Shown: piece by piece, positions 1-13,924 of the stretch | How the letters are laid out: each line of letters starts with the position of its first letter | Numbering within the stretch: the stretch's first letter is position 1 | NCBI GenBank assembly: GCA_973851085.1 | Contig: OZ316776.1 | Coordinates: 1,860,001-1,924,000, forward strand | Length of the DNA: 64,000 bases | Source: Ptychomitrium polyphyllum | Lineage: Eukaryota | Reading direction: 5' to 3' | Notes under the pieces: generated by a model | What the model saw: only the letters and a program-made list of their open reading frames with translations | Database searches by the model: none | Told to the model about the DNA's origin: nothing | Translations under genes and position numbers: made by a program

Positions 1-581
1 GAAAAAGCACATGGGATGTTGTATGTCGAATTTCACGTTGGGGCAAGGGTACTGAGAGCCCCACACGGTGACCAAGTTGGCCACTAGACAGGGAACAGGC
101 GTCGCCAAGCTAGAGCAAACACCTTCATTTAAGTAAGTGGACAAGCAGCTTGAAGAACGAGCCCAAGAATAGACCATACAAGTGTGTAGAAAGCATGAAA
201 ATTACTGAACATGCCATCCACGCTGGACTACAAACGAGGAGTCAGGAAATAGACACAACTAAGTCTCGATCAAGCACTTCAAATGGGCATGACAGCTACA
301 AAATCTCTTCAGGGGCAATACAATAAGCATCACAGGAAAACAGAGAACCTGGCTGAAAGAGTGCGAGCTGCACAACCATATTAAGTGACGTTATCTCTAC
401 AATACGGACTAAACAAAAGCAATCCATCTCCTGATGGAGTGGCAACCACTTACAAAGCCTTGTAGTAATTGAGAATAGAATGCTCACGGTGAGCACCTAA
501 ATGCTTAAATCTCGTGCTCCTTCTCTCCAGCAGTACAAATCCCAAGGAAAACGGCTCATTAGTTGGTCTAGTGTAATACAA

Positions 582-2639
582 CTACTGAACCTTGGCCTTC
601 AAGGGTTGCTTCTTCCTCATCATTGCCCGATAAGCAGAGTTCTTCATGCCCAAAAAGAAAAGCAGAGCTCCAAAAAGAGAGAGATTCTGCACACAAACCG
701 ATTCCTCTATCTGAGAATATCCTTAGAAACAACTCAGGACTTGTACAAAAACAAGCCAAATTCTGCTACTAAAAGCACTGCCAAGGAATACAAGTAACTC
801 ACAGATATTGAGTGCGCCAGTTCATCGACTTATTAATGATTTCAAGTAGAACAGAACCGTGACTTCTTGCTGTAAACTCTTGAAACAGATTCACATCATA
901 CCTTCTGTCTCATTAGCACTACTGTAAGCCGAAGATTTTATATACGACTATGGAACCAGGCAGAAGAAAGATTTCAAAAGAGAACATACCTTCAAGAAAC
1001 AGTTGAATTGGTGCAAATAGGCACCAGTTGAAATATCATAGTTATAGAAGTCATGCATAATTGGTGTCACTGCTGCAAGGAACATAAGCTGCAAATCACA
1101 ATATAAATAAGTACTGCTCTTGAATTCTGGTCCCAAAAATTGCAGGAGATGCGTCTTGATCCTCATTCACAAAAGCACACAACATACGATAAGACTAAAC
1201 TGTCTCATTTGTTTCAGTACAGACAGTGACTTCTGGACGCCTAGAATTGTAAACATTAAGTGAATCATCTTACTCTGTCTAAACCCTTAAAATTTTCGGA
1301 GTAGTCCCAAATCATTTTCCCTACATCGCTATAAATTGATAAGATGAAATTTAAATGGGCGTGAAGTACAAGAATAAGAGCAGCTGAATGCATAAAATTT
1401 TAGTGATATTCGCTAGATATCTAAAAAGTAGTTCCTTTGTTACTCGGCAATCCATTAGCGTCAACAGTTCCTAAACTAAAATATCAAACTCACACATTAT
1501 TCACGTTCAATGAGTCTCGACTTTCTACCACTGCAATGCAACTCGATGACGTAAGCCTAGTCACAAGCAAAATACCCATTCCTGAATGCGCAATCAAATT
1601 TTCTTACTATTAGAATGGGTCAATTCTCACCAGAAAGTAGGCACCCAGGGTGCTCCCCAAGGTAAAAAGAAGACCACCCAGACCCTCCAAAGCTATGGCA
1701 GCCATCAGCAAGTGCTTCGTCTGCAATAATGTGGCACTCATTATAGATTAAAGCACAAATTTCACACCTATCTTACGGTCCCACATTCTCAGCTCCACGT
1801 GAACCCAATTAAACTCAAGCTTGGCTTTACACGAATCACATAATCGACTTACACTGTAAAGCAAATTCACGTTAAATAAAGGGAAACCTAAGCCCACGCA
1901 AAAGTAAAGACATGGTGACCTAGTAGACCGATCATGTATTATAATCCCTCAGAACTGCTGGCGTCTGAAGCCATACACGGCGGCTAAAAAACAAATTAAC
2001 CTTACTAGCGAAAGAGATAATACTATTAGATAACGTAACCAGACCCGCACACGCACCTCAACGCCATTCGGGAGAGCCAAGTTGAGGTTGAGAGCCTCAT
2101 TGACGTTTTTCAGGAACGACTCAAACTTCGGGTCCATTTCCTTCAACGCAATCCCTCCATCCTGGCCAAAATCCTGGATTCTGTAGCATAGCACATCGCA
2201 CAACAATCACATTGCACACACATCAGCCAATTCCAAGAATTCACCACATAACCATCACTACACCCATACAACATCATCACATCCACTTACATCCCCGTCA
2301 ACACAAGACCGGAAATCCTCACAGAAAAAGCACAACAACAGCAGACCTTCCCAAAAATCCAAAAAATAATTCCACTACCGACCCAGCTCAACACGCCGAA
2401 AGTCCACCACAATGATTGCATTATCCTTCCTCCCAACCCTATAACATGAGCTCATCACGTGACCACCACACTATCCGCGCGGCAAAGCCCAAAAGGGCAG
2501 ATAAGATAGCCCACATGAGAGATGAACGGAAACCCTAGTCTTTGGGCTCTCCAGTTCGAACCAGCACTCACTTCTGCCATGCAGCCAGGATGAAGATGGC
2601 GGAGAAGCTCACACGCCCCATGAAAGACATAAACCCCAT
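582..2639 (-). CDS. HR-like lesion-inducing protein family membrane protein, 5 exons, 161 aa
   Basis: GT-AG exons 2572-2639, 2057-2180, 1631-1720, 990-1088, 582-686 join in phase. Protein: MGFMSFMGRVSFSAIFILAAWQKIQDFGQDGG...ALEGLGGLLFTLGSTLGAYFLLMFLAAVTPIMHDFYNYD...FLKNLSLFGALLFFLGMKNS...KVQ*. The TPxxHDFYNY and NLxLFGALLFFxGMKNS motifs are typical of this plant family. Confidence 0.9.
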
Positions 2640-5600
2640 GCTGGGCCGTCGACCCCCTCCCCCGGGCCCCTCCTTCTCTTCCGCTCACTGCTTGGCTGAT
2701 GAGTTCCAATCCCCTGCCTCCCTCTCTCCCCCTCCCTGCTGGACTCACCAAGACATGTGGCAACTCCCTCTCACGTTTTCCTCTCCACCACTGCAGTTCA
2801 TCCTCCTCCAGGTGCCGACCTTCCCAGTTTAGTAACAAGTTCAACTTACAGCCCACCCACCTTTGCTAAAAACCCACCTTGGTGCTCTCTCATGTTGGGC
2901 AAAAGCGTGGAGTTTTGGCTCCTCGCTTGCGGGTGCTGCAGTGTAACAGTGCTGTGAATACAGCGCACTGCCGGGGTTGCGCCGGACCCGGGTGCCACGT
3001 GGGGCCTGTCTGTATGGAGTCACTGGTCAAGTTCTGTTGGGTCCTGGTCAAAGGGGCCTCCGAAGTGCACCTGATCAGTGAAGCAATGGGCAATGCCCAT
3101 TGGACATGTTGCTTGCTGGGTGATTCAGAAGTTGGGGGCATCTTGCTGGGTGGCGTGTGTATGCGTTGCCCCTGTCAGCAGTTTGAGGTAATGATTGGGA
3201 TTGGTGGTGGATGGTGTTTTCTTCCAGTGAATTCTTGTTTGGAAAGGTACTGAGGCATGTGTCATGCACACATGGGGTTATGCTTGGTCTGTATGCTTTT
3301 ACTTTCATTATTTATTATTTTGGCATACTGTTAGTGCATAACGTGCAACTATTCAATGAAGTTTAGAAGTAGCATCTTGAGACCCCTTCTGTCACCATCC
3401 ATTGTGCATATAAATCATCATGGTCCATAGAGTACCAAATTGTTCTTGAAGTTGAATGTGCTTAATCCAACTGCAGAGGAAGTGGAATATCTCTTCACCA
3501 TGTCATGCTCCCTTCCATGTCACACCCAACTCAATTCTCATGCCATGTCTTTGTTAATCAAATAATCAAGTTTTGTTGCGTAATTCCTTCAAATGTATAC
3601 TTTCTTAGAAAAGGCAATACAATTCTTGTATACATTTATAGTGCATTATTCTTCAAACTGAGAACTCTTAATGCTCATATTTTGTTTCACAATCCCTTTG
3701 CATAGGTTTTAGAAGTCAATTCCTTATCAAATGAGATACTGTCTTCATTACCAACATCTTAAAAATATATTTCTTATCATACTTGTTCACTACAGTTTTA
3801 TATGTGGTCTATCTATCAAAGACAGGAGCCACAGCCATTCAAATGCAACACCAGAATTCAAGTAAAAACCCAGTATTTGAATATGGAGTCAAGGAAAATT
3901 GTGAAGAAGTTTCATTTACAGTTAAAAGAAAAGAGAGAAATTCATAAACTGTTGCTTTTCAGACGAATAAATAGGAAAAGGCCAATAACAAGAAAGGAAT
4001 CTCTAAAGTGCAAAAAAAAGCAGACGAGTTTCTCCACCAGTGGCTTATCCACTGGACAGTGGCCAGTTTGGAATAGAATAGTGAATAAGAACTTATGCCT
4101 ATAGATTTAAGATATGGAATTGGAGTCATGAACCACAAATCAAAGCCCAGGTGATGTTGCAGATGGGATACACACAATACTGCGTCCTGCATCCAGCTTC
4201 AGGCAAGGCATCATAGCAACAAAGGCTCCATCTCACAACATCAAATACAGTGCCAGTTGACCTAACTGCTGAGTTTCAACTTAACAAGTACTTCCATGTT
4301 ATATTTGCCACACTGCTTACATTCACTAAATGATTGGATAGTTTAGCACACCAAATGCATCCAGACATGGTAAGCTATATTCACTATGCAATTGTTACAA
4401 TGAGGAACTAGGTCTTGTTACTTGTGCTACAGGACTCAACTTCCAAAATGAAGGTAAATCTACTTGTGTGAGTCAAATGCTAATGCCACTAAAGTCTCTT
4501 TACATTGTGGTAGGGTACTGATGGTGTCATTCTAGTACCAGCACAGCAGGAATTCAGACTTAAATCAAACCTGTCGGGTAATTTCCCCTTAGCCTCACAA
4601 CTGTATGGAGCATAAATGGAAGCACAAGCCTGTAAGTACTGTATTCCAGAATATGTATTCAGGAGTGAAAGTGATGGCCTCATGAAGCTTGTTCTAAAAT
4701 TCAAGGAAGTTGTTGTGGTCGATGACAAAGGCTAAACTAACAGACTCAAAACTCAAATTTATACAAAATTTCTCTTTCACCCCACAGCATCCGCCATATG
4801 GGGTAAGAATATTCCACATTGTGCTTAAAATGTGAAAGGGATAGTCTCGTGAAGCCTTCTGCTGAAAAGTTCAAGTCGTACTTGTTGAAGGCCCAACTCT
4901 GCTCCAGACAAATCAAATCACTTGGAGCTTCCCTCTGCTCTCACCACCTAAACTATATTGAACACAAATGGCAGTGCAACCCTGTAAGTACCATATTCCA
5001 GAAGGTATGACCTGTTGAAGCTTTTTGCCCAGAATGCAAGCAAATTCTTGGCCGCATGCTCTACCCTGAACTCAAACAGGAAATCTCCTCTAACCCACAC
5101 AACCTGCACCTGTATGGCAGCCCAAGTCTGTAGTAAGGTACCGTATTCTAGAATACCATCTAAAAGCGTGAATATAATAGCCCCTCGAAGCCTGCCTTCG
5201 CCCAGGGTGTTATTTCACGCAAGATTCCGTGATATCTATGTTTTTTTTATAGATTTTGAGAAAAGTAAAATGTACGTTTTTGGGAGACAATGTCGGTAAT
5301 TAAGGTACAGCGACGGTTTTGGAGTGCTGGCCTGGCTTGGATGCTATTCACTGGCCGTGCTTCCAAAACTCCATGAGAAAGGGAAGCAAAAGATGGGAAC
5401 AAGGGATGGCGTTGTGAAGGGGGAGCGGAGAGCGTGGCAGGTGTGAAGGGGGACCCGTGTGGACACGAGGCAGCGGAGGAGAGCGGAGGGCCAAGAGCGA
5501 GCGCAAGGCGGGCGCCACGGAAGAGGAACGGGATGCCATGCTATGCTATGGTTTGATGGTGGGGAAGGGGAGAGAAATGGTGAAGCCGAGCTTTGTCGCC

Positions 5601-6906
5601 GCAAGCATCTCATGCCATGCCTTCTCCACTCCACAGCAGGGCACCAGAACCGCAGGACACCATGCTGAAGTTGCTCTCGTGTTTGCGTTGCCAGGCCAAT
5701 TGTTTTCCTGTGCTGCTTCTGCCCTACCAATGGAGCGCCACTCATCATTTCAGGTGCATTTGAGGACTGTACACCCTTCTGACTCCTAGAATTCTTAGCG
5801 TGGAGGCCCGAGGTAGAGTGAGGAATAATTTGGTCAAATTGAGGTGAGTTTGGAATCGAGATGGATGTGGGAGTGGAGGGCTTTGGATAATGGTGGCGAG
5901 GGAGGCAGAGGAAGGACAGGAGGATGGGTGGTTTTGTAAGATTGTTGTGTAGGTGTGTGGGGATTGTTGTATGATGTTCTAGAGGTGCTGATGGTGGTGT
6001 GCGGCGAGTGAGGGAGTGGGCAGAGGAGGAGGGGTGTGGTGTGAAGGTGCAGTGGTGGTGCAAGATGGGAGCTTGAGAGTTGGATGGACACATACGATGC
6101 GTGTGTCTCTGGGGTTGCCAAGGATCCTAGGTTTTTGTGGCGGTCTTGGCCACGGCATCCCGTTTTGAGAGCTTTAGATGATGCGTTTTGGGATTTCAGC
6201 TTCGTAAATGTTGAATTTTTTAGGCAATTTCTGGCGTGTTTGGGTTTAGAGTCGCAAGCGATCGTCTGATTAAAAATCTTCCGCCTGGCTGATGGTTCGT
6301 TGAAGAATTAGAAGTATCTTCGAGAAGCCTGGCACGAATTTTGACCAAACTTCGCAGCGAAAATTAAAGGCGTCTTTATAAGATATTAGGTTTTGAGTAA
6401 TTGAGTTGAAAGTGCGAGTAGGAAGCAGGTGGAAATTTTCGCTCTCTCGAAATCCAGTTGCCATAACGATATGGCAAGATTTTTGCCCACTGTTTGCATT
6501 TTACAACTTTTCTGCGTATTTCGACTTTCAAAGGTGCCCATCTCTCTGCCGGCTGTGTTTACCTTTCGTCGCTGCTGCGTCTCCTTGCATTTCAGAACAC
6601 CTTGAGTTGAAATACTAAAGGATGTGGTTCGGTTTATCTGCAGGCACTGCGATTCTCACCGTAGGTGTTAGACATCCCCTCATGGAAAATGAATAATTTC
6701 CACCAACCTCTATAGGTTCTTTACACATCTATTGTTCCTATTCCATAATGGGCGTCTCCAGCGCCAATAGATTGGATAGCGGAGGAGACTCAGCTGGAGG
6801 TCGGGGATACAAAATTTGAATCCGGAGGTATCAGGGACTGGGCGCGGGGGATGTCCGTGTGGCGGGGAGCAGCGTAGTGGTGGAGGGCGGGAGCAGGGCT
6901 CGAAGG

Positions 6907-9900
6907 ATGTGGGCGGACGGGGGTCCGCGGAAAGGGCGGCAGCTGCAGAGGGCGAGGTCCACCGGATTGGCAGCGCTCCTGGATGAGCAGGAGAGCGAGG
7001 TCGGGGTGGTGGTCGCGGCCTGTATGCATGACGAGTGGGGGCTGGAGCGCACCCTGGCGCACGTTCTGGACGCGCCGTGCGCGGGGTCGGAGGCGTGGTT
7101 GGTGAGGGATGGCAGGGTGGATGCGGGCAGCGTGCGATCGTACCTGTGCTCGCAGGTGTGCGGCATGGAGGACGGCGGGGACGCGGGGTGGACGGGCGGC
7201 GGCGCGCGGAGGGAGGGCGTGGTGGTGGGCGAGAGGCCGTTCGGGGACGGCATTGTGGCGATGGACGGCGACGGCGGGTGCGGGGACATGAGGTTCGACA
7301 GGAGGATGCTGCAGCTGGAGAGCCAGACGATCTTCAACAGCGCGCGCGCCAATGCGTGCGTGTGGAAGGGGCGGTGGATGTACGAGGCGACGCTGGGGAC
7401 GGCGGGGATCCAGCAGCTGGGGTGGGCGACGATGTCGTGCCCGTTCACGAACGAGGAGGGCGTGGGCGACGCGGCGGACTCGTATGCGTACGACGGGAAG
7501 CGCGTGTGCAAGTGGAGCATGAGCCATGCGGCGTACGGGCAGCCGTGGGTGGCGGGCGACGTGATCGGGTGCTGCCTGGACCTGGAGAGGAGGCAGATCG
7601 CGTTCTGGAGGAACGGCGCGTGCCTGGGCGTGGCGTACGACGACATCCGCGCGGTGGAGGCGCAGGACGGGTACTACCCGGCGATCTCGCTGTCGCACGG
7701 CGAGCGGTGCGAGCTGAACTTCGGCGGGAGGCCGTTCAGGTACCCCGTGGAGGGGTTCGGCGCGATCCAGGCGGCTCCGCGGGTGGCGGCGGGCGGGGGC
7801 GGGCAGGGGACGGAGTCGGCATGCGGGCGGGCGAAGTTCCTGCTGGGGTGCCTGCAGAGGCTGGTGCAGCTGGGCAGCCGCGAGGTGGCGGCGGCGATGG
7901 CCCCGGCGGACAGGCTGCGGCGGTACGCGCAGCTGACGGAGGAGGACGCGTCGGTGGTGGGCGGGGAGGTGTGCGATCTGCTGGTGCCGCTGCTGGTGGG
8001 CGGGCCCGGGCGGGAGGAGGGAGACGCGAGGGTGGCGGGGGAGTACGTGATATGGGGCGCGCTGGTGCCGGCGCTGCTGGAGATGCACAGGGTGGAGGCC
8101 CCGCACGACGCGCCGAGCGTGGACCAGGCGCTGGAGCTGCTGCTGCCGCGGCTGGAGAGGCAGGTGGCGGGCGGGGCCGTGGTGGCGACGATGATGGAGG
8201 CGCTGGCGTACGGGTGCCGGACGTCGGCGTTCGCGCTGGCGGACCACCCTTACACGGGCCCGTATGGTCATCTGGCGCTGGCATGCCACCTGCTGGAGCG
8301 GTACGAGTTCATGGTGTGGTGGTGGACGTGGGAGGGGTTCGACGCGTGCCTGGAGGGGCTGCTGACGCGGAAGGGGCCGAACAAGAATGACCTGGAGGCG
8401 CTGATGCCGATAGTGTGGTGGCCCGGGTCTCGGGAGGACCTGTGCTCGGAGGGGAAGATGAGGCACGCGGCGACGGCGCTGTCGAAGGCGATAGTGAAGG
8501 TGCGTGGTCGGGGGCATGGGGCGGGGGGTGGGCACGTGCGTGGTCGAGTGGGACGGTCGTGCGCGTGGTCGGGGACGGGCGTGTTTGTGTCGGTAGGGTG
8601 TCTTGTGTGGAATGACGGGATGTGTGGGCGAGCGCGTTCCGCAGTTCCGGGGGCGCGGATGTGGACGTGGGCATGGTGCGGGAGGTCGTGGTGGGCGGGT
8701 TGCGCCATGCCGAGAGCGCGGATGTGGTGTCGGGGGCGGAGGGATGTGGGAGTGATGTGGGCATGCGGTGCGTGGCGGTCGGGCACGGATGAGGGTGCGA
8801 GAGGCGTAGGTGGTGGTCGTGAGCTGACGGGAGAGGTGGAATGCAGGTGGAGGAGTTGCAGTGGGAGCTGTGCAGTCGGCTCCTCCAGTTCGTCCCGCCT
8901 CCGAGCGCAGAGCTGCCGCAGCCGGTTCCGGGCGTGGTGTTCCGGAGGTTTCTGCAGAACCTGGTGTGCAAGAACCGGGGGGCGAACCGGAGCATGGCGC
9001 CAGCAGGGCTGTCGGACAATTCCGTGCTGGTGTCGACGTACTGCGTGCTGCTGCGGCTGTTGTCGGAGGGGTTCGGGCCGGGCAAGGCGAACGGCGATGG
9101 GGGCGAGGGGAGGAAGGAGCGAGAGAAGTGTGCGGGGTTCCTCCACAGGTGATTGGAGTGCAGCGTGAGGTTGAGGGGCGGCGTGCTGTTTGGGAGGGGC
9201 GGCGCGGGGGATGGGTGGGTTGGCAATGGCGGTGTGCGTGATGTTGTGGTGATGCAGATGTGTAGCGGTAGCGTCGGGGGTGGGGTGGGGTGGGGTGGGC
9301 GAGGGTGCGTCTGACGGACGTGTGGGTGGAGTTGGGGGCGCAGGGTGGGCAAGCGCAGCTTTCCCGTGAGCACGTTCGTGAAGGAGTCGGGCGCGACGGA
9401 CTTGGCTCGGCTGGGAGGAACGTTCAGCCACCTGGTGAAGATGTATCCGGTGGGGCTGGACGTGGCGGACGTGGAATGGGAGGAGGGGTGCATGGACGAG
9501 GGGGAGAACGTGGTGCGGCACGGGGGGAAGCTGAAGCCAGCGTGCTGCTCGGACGTGACGCTGAGCGGGTTGGCGAGCGACAGCAAGAGCCCAGTCCGGG
9601 CGCCGAGCAAGATGGCGGCGGTGAGCACATCCGGTGGAGTGAGCGAGAGGGCGAGCAGCCCGATCAGCAGCAGTTACACGAGCGGGCGGAGCTGCGACGG
9701 GTGCGTGGAGGACAAGCCGAGCTCGAGCGGGAGGGTGGACATGGGGCTGGAAGGGGGTCCGGTGTCGCGGAGCTACAACAAGAGGCAGGGGTTCAAGCCG
9801 ATCAGGGAGCTGTCGGAGGCGATACGAGAGGAGGAGCTGCTGGACGTGATGCTGCTGCTGTACCACCTGGGGCTCGCCCAGAACTTCAAGCAGGTGCGCA

Positions 9901-12900
9901 GTGGTCGTGGTAGAGGGCGTTGTGAGTTTGTGGCGGTGGTGCCGGTCCGGGGCGCGGTGTGGAGCAGAGGCGTGGCGGTGTTTTGTTGGGCGAGATGATT
10001 GTGGTGGCCGTGGTGTGAGGGAGAGGAGTGGTGTGAATGGTTTCCGGGGGGTTGGCGTGCGGTGTCCGTGTGCGGATTGGGGGTGGAGTAGGCCGTGGCA
10101 TGGTCCCTGTCCGGTGAGCCGGTGTTTGGTCGTGTAGAGGGTGTGGACATTGTGCGGTTGTGGTGGTGGGGCTGGTTCCTTTGCAGGGCGGCGGGGCAAC
10201 GTGAGTGGGTGGCGTGGGGGGAGGAGGCGACGGAGTTGGGTCGGACGAGGTGTGGGACGGGTTTGAGGTGGTACCGACTCATGCTGCTGTGTGGTTTGTA
10301 CGTTGGTGCAGGCGTCATATTACATGCAGCACCAGATGCAGTCGATCGCCCAGCTGGACGAGACGGATCGGCAGATACGCGGAGAGAAGACGTCGAGCGA
10401 GTATCTGAAACGGCTGAAGGAAGCGAGGACGGTGTACAGGGAGGACATGATCGATTGCGTGCGGCAGTGTACGTGGTATGTCGGTCGTCCGAGCAGGGAG
10501 TAGCAGGTCGTGTGCGGGTTGTGGATGTTGTGTGGTGCCTCGGGCGTTTGGAAGTTTGGGGAGTGTCGTGGAGCGGGTATGGCGAGCCGTGGATGGTGTG
10601 TGTGGTCCGTAGTGTTTGGTTTGTGGTGTTGACGAGGGCGGGGTGGCGAGTGCAGGTACCGCGTGACGATGTTTGCAAGGTGGAAGCTGAGGGGGATGTA
10701 TGCGACGTGCATGTGGCTGGTGCAACTGCTGCTGGTTCTGAGCAAGAAGGATCCACTTTTCAGCTTCGTTCCGGAGTTCTACGTGGAGACCTTGGTGCGT
10801 GGCCGCCCGAGAGGGCAGACGTGTGTGGGTGTGTTGTGTTTGGTGTTCGGGGGGGGAGGGTTGCGAAGCGGTGGGCGCGTCCCCGTCCGGGGACGTGATG
10901 TGTCGTAGCTGACGTTGGTGTGAGACGTGGGGTGTGGTGGAGCGTGTCCGGGGCGTGCAGTAATGGCGTGCGGGTGTTTGTTTTGGGCAGGTGGACTCTT
11001 TCCATGCGCTGCGAAGGAGCGACCCTCCGTTTGTGACGCCTTCTTCTCTCCTGCAGCAAGGCCTGTCCCCGCTGGTACGGCGGCCGCTCTCTGTGCCGCG
11101 TTGTGTTGTGTGGTCGGGTCGGGTGTGGTTGGTGGAGTGTCGGGTGCATGGGCAAGGCGGGAGGTGGCGTGCGTGGGTGTGGCTGGAGTCCGTGCAGAGT
11201 CTGACGTTTGTGACGTTTGTCCAGGTGACCTTTCTGGTGACCCACTTCAGCGACGGGCGAATAGCGAATTCGGACGTTCGAGATATCCTGCTGCAGTCGA
11301 TATCGGTGTTGGTGCAGTACAAGGAGCACGTGATCGCTTTCGAGCGGAGCCAAGCAGCCCGGGAGGGGATGGTGGGGTCGCTTTTGGCGTCTTTCGACAA
11401 CCGGTTCTGGATCCCGGTGTCGAACATCCTGTTGCGGCTGTGCAAGGGGTCGGGGTTCGGGGCGTCGAAGTGCCTGTCACACGGGGAGTCCTTCTCCCCG
11501 CACTTCCAGGTGGGTGAGAGGGTGGGGTGTGGGGAGGGGAAGGGGATGAGCGCGGGGTGAGCGGGTGGGAGGTGGGGAGTGGATGTTGATGCGCAAGGTG
11601 GGCGCGGGAGGCTGACGTTGTGGTGGGAGTGGGCTGCAGCGGCTGCTGAAGGAGAAGTGCATGAGCGACGAGAAGCTGCTGGGATCGTTTCTGAATCGGC
11701 TGTTCAACACGCTGAACTGGACGATAACGGAGTTTTCAGTGGCAATCAAGGAGATGCAAGAGCACTCGGACCTACGTCAGGTAGGCGTGGAGACGGGCGG
11801 GTGCAGTGGCAGTGGTCGGGAGGGCGGAAGCAGCACAGACGGCTACGCGCGCACAACCAGCGGGAGTTGTGATACGCGTGGTCGTCTGTGCTGCGTGCCT
11901 GTATGGCTGTGGACCGAGGGGATTTGGTGTGTGGAACACGGTTGTGTGGGAGTTGCTGGACGGTGGTGGTGAGGCAGTGGTGTGTTTGTGTGTGCTGGAT
12001 GGGACGGGTACGGTGATGGTGTAGGGAGGTGCGCAGCCGGGGCAGCAACGCGCGGGGTGGAAGCGGGTGGAGGTGCGGTTGGGCTTGTGGTGGGACTGAA
12101 CGTGGGGTTTGGTTGGGTGTGGTCCGAGAGCAGGTGCCAGATCTGCAGCAGAGGAAGTGCACGATAATGTTCGAACTGTCGTGCAATCTGGAAAGGATAG
12201 TGGAGTTCTTCACGCAGGAGTTGCCACAGGCGTTCTTGCAGGGGCCCGAGATCAATCTGGTGCGGCTGTGTGAGCTGATCGCATTCGTGCTGAGCCACAC
12301 GACATGGAGTGCGGACGCCCAGTTCTTCGACAGGTGAGCAAAGTGGACGCAGGAGGTGTGCGGTGGGATGCGGGGAACGTAGAGCAGGTGGGAGGTTGGG
12401 TGTGTTAGTGGAGAGGCGGATGAGCGGTGCGAGGAGGGGCCAGTCGGGCGTGATGTCGGGTCTGTTGAGGCTGGGTGGGAAGCGCGATTGACATGTGGGT
12501 CGCAATGTGTGGATGTATGTCAGCACGGTGAGGCAGCAAGGGCAGTCCTTGGAGAAGGTGAACAGGGCGATGATCCTGGCGCCCCTGGTGGGGATCGTGC
12601 TGAATCTGAGGAGCGCAGGCCCGGCACAAAGCGAGGGCACGGCGTACGACATGGCGGGCGTCCTGTCCAGCGTGGACGTGTCAGCATCAGTGATTGCGAA
12701 TTTCCAGTACCTGGTGGACTACAGCTGGGTAAGGGTCGATGCGATGTGTGTGGAGGTGTCGGATCCCCCGACACAGTGGCCAGGTCCCCTGGACAGTGGT
12801 TGCGGTGGGAGACGGCAGTGAGGTGGGTATGGAGTGCAGCGCAGTGAGAAGTGCGTGAGATGTGTGTCGCGAGTATGGGGAATGTCGGGCTAGGGTCGTG

Positions 12901-13924
12901 AACCGTGGGCGTGGGATTCTGCCTCGGGTCTGACCCTTGGTGGTTGTGATGGATCTGGTGTGCGCGGTTCTCCGGCACATGTGGTCGTAGTGTTTGGCGT
13001 CCATGTGTGGGAGGAGTCCTCGTGAGGATGCAGGCGACACAGTCGGTCGCAACGATTGGGCGTGGCACTGTTTGTGTGGACGATGGGCGCGGATGGGATG
13101 GTGTGTGCCGTTCGTGATGAGTCGACCAGTACGGTGAGGCAGCGAAGCGTAGGCAATAGTATCTCGGGTGGCGTGTGTCGAGTGGGCGAGGGATGACGCA
13201 TGGGCGGGCGTGGTGCAGGAGGCGTCGTTCAAAGGCGATCCGTCGATCAGAAGGATATCGGATCTGAAGCACTTCGTTTCGAAACTGAAGGTGGTAGCGG
13301 AAGAGGCGAGGAGACGAGCTTCTTTGGATGGCCTGGAGACGATGAGTTCAGCCTCAGGTGGGATGTCGTGCATGTTGTGTCGGAAGCGGTGAGTGGGTTT
13401 GTGTTGCGGTGCGTCGCGAGGCCCGTGTCGTCCAGGACTCGCGGCTCCACCATGTTGGACGTAAGCCCGGGTGGAGTGTTTTGGTGGTGGGGAGTGTTGA
13501 TATGGACGTCGCTGTGGGTGCGTTGAGTGCATGCGCGGCGTTCCGACAAGCACAGGATAGCAGGGTGTAGAAGCGAGGCATGGTTGACGTGTTTGTGGTG
13601 GGTGCAGGCGTGGTAGGGCGCGTAGCGATGATGGACCGGGAGGAAACGTGCACGATCTGCTATGCCTGTGAAGTGGACACCATGTTCCTGCCGTGCAAGC
13701 ACATGTCGTGCCAGCGGTGTATATCCCGGCATCTTCTGAACAACCAGCGGTGTTTCTTCTGCAATTCGACGGTGGTGAACCTGTCCTCGATGCTTGCAAC
13801 GGGCGGCGGGGAAGAGGAGCAGTGCCCGGGTGACGAGAGCAGAAGCTTGGCGGAAGCGCCGACGGTGGGCAAGGCAGCTCAGGCTAGCCGGGGGCCAGCG
13901 CCAAGGATGCACGAGCAAAGATGA
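6907..13924 (+). CDS. RKP: E3 ubiquitin ligase RKP (KPC1/RNF123 homologue), SPRY domain + C-terminal RING, 12 exons, about 1372 aa
   Basis: Exons 6907-8499, 8847-9148, 9344-9893, 10312-10475, 10656-10794, 10991-11074, 11225-11509, 11640-11780, 12134-12333, 12524-12728, 13219-13357, 13608-13924, all GT-AG and in phase. SPRY: SARANACVWKGRWMYEATLGTAGIQQLGW...GDVIGCCLD. RING: CTICYACEVDTMFLPCKHMSCQRCISRHLLNNQRCFFC. Start taken as the first in-frame ATG. Confidence 0.93.
9276..9299 (+). repeat. (GGGGT)n G-quadruplex-type motif in RKP intron 2
   Basis: GGGGG-T-GGGG-T-GGGG-T-GGGG-T-GGG, about 45 nt upstream of the 3' splice site at 9343. Confidence 0.7.

Noticed and set aside
3084..3102. Palindrome CAATGGGCA-A-TGCCCATTG
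   Set aside because: A 9-bp arm is within chance expectation for 64 kb, with no supporting context.
2879..5300. Short ORFs and strand-composition switches between the HR-like gene and RKP (possible lncRNAs)
   Set aside because: No recognisable protein, consistent splice chain or strong RNA structure; cannot be supported from sequence alone.
11075..11224. RKP intron 6 is in frame and stop-free
   Set aside because: Expected by chance in a short, G-rich, A-poor intron.
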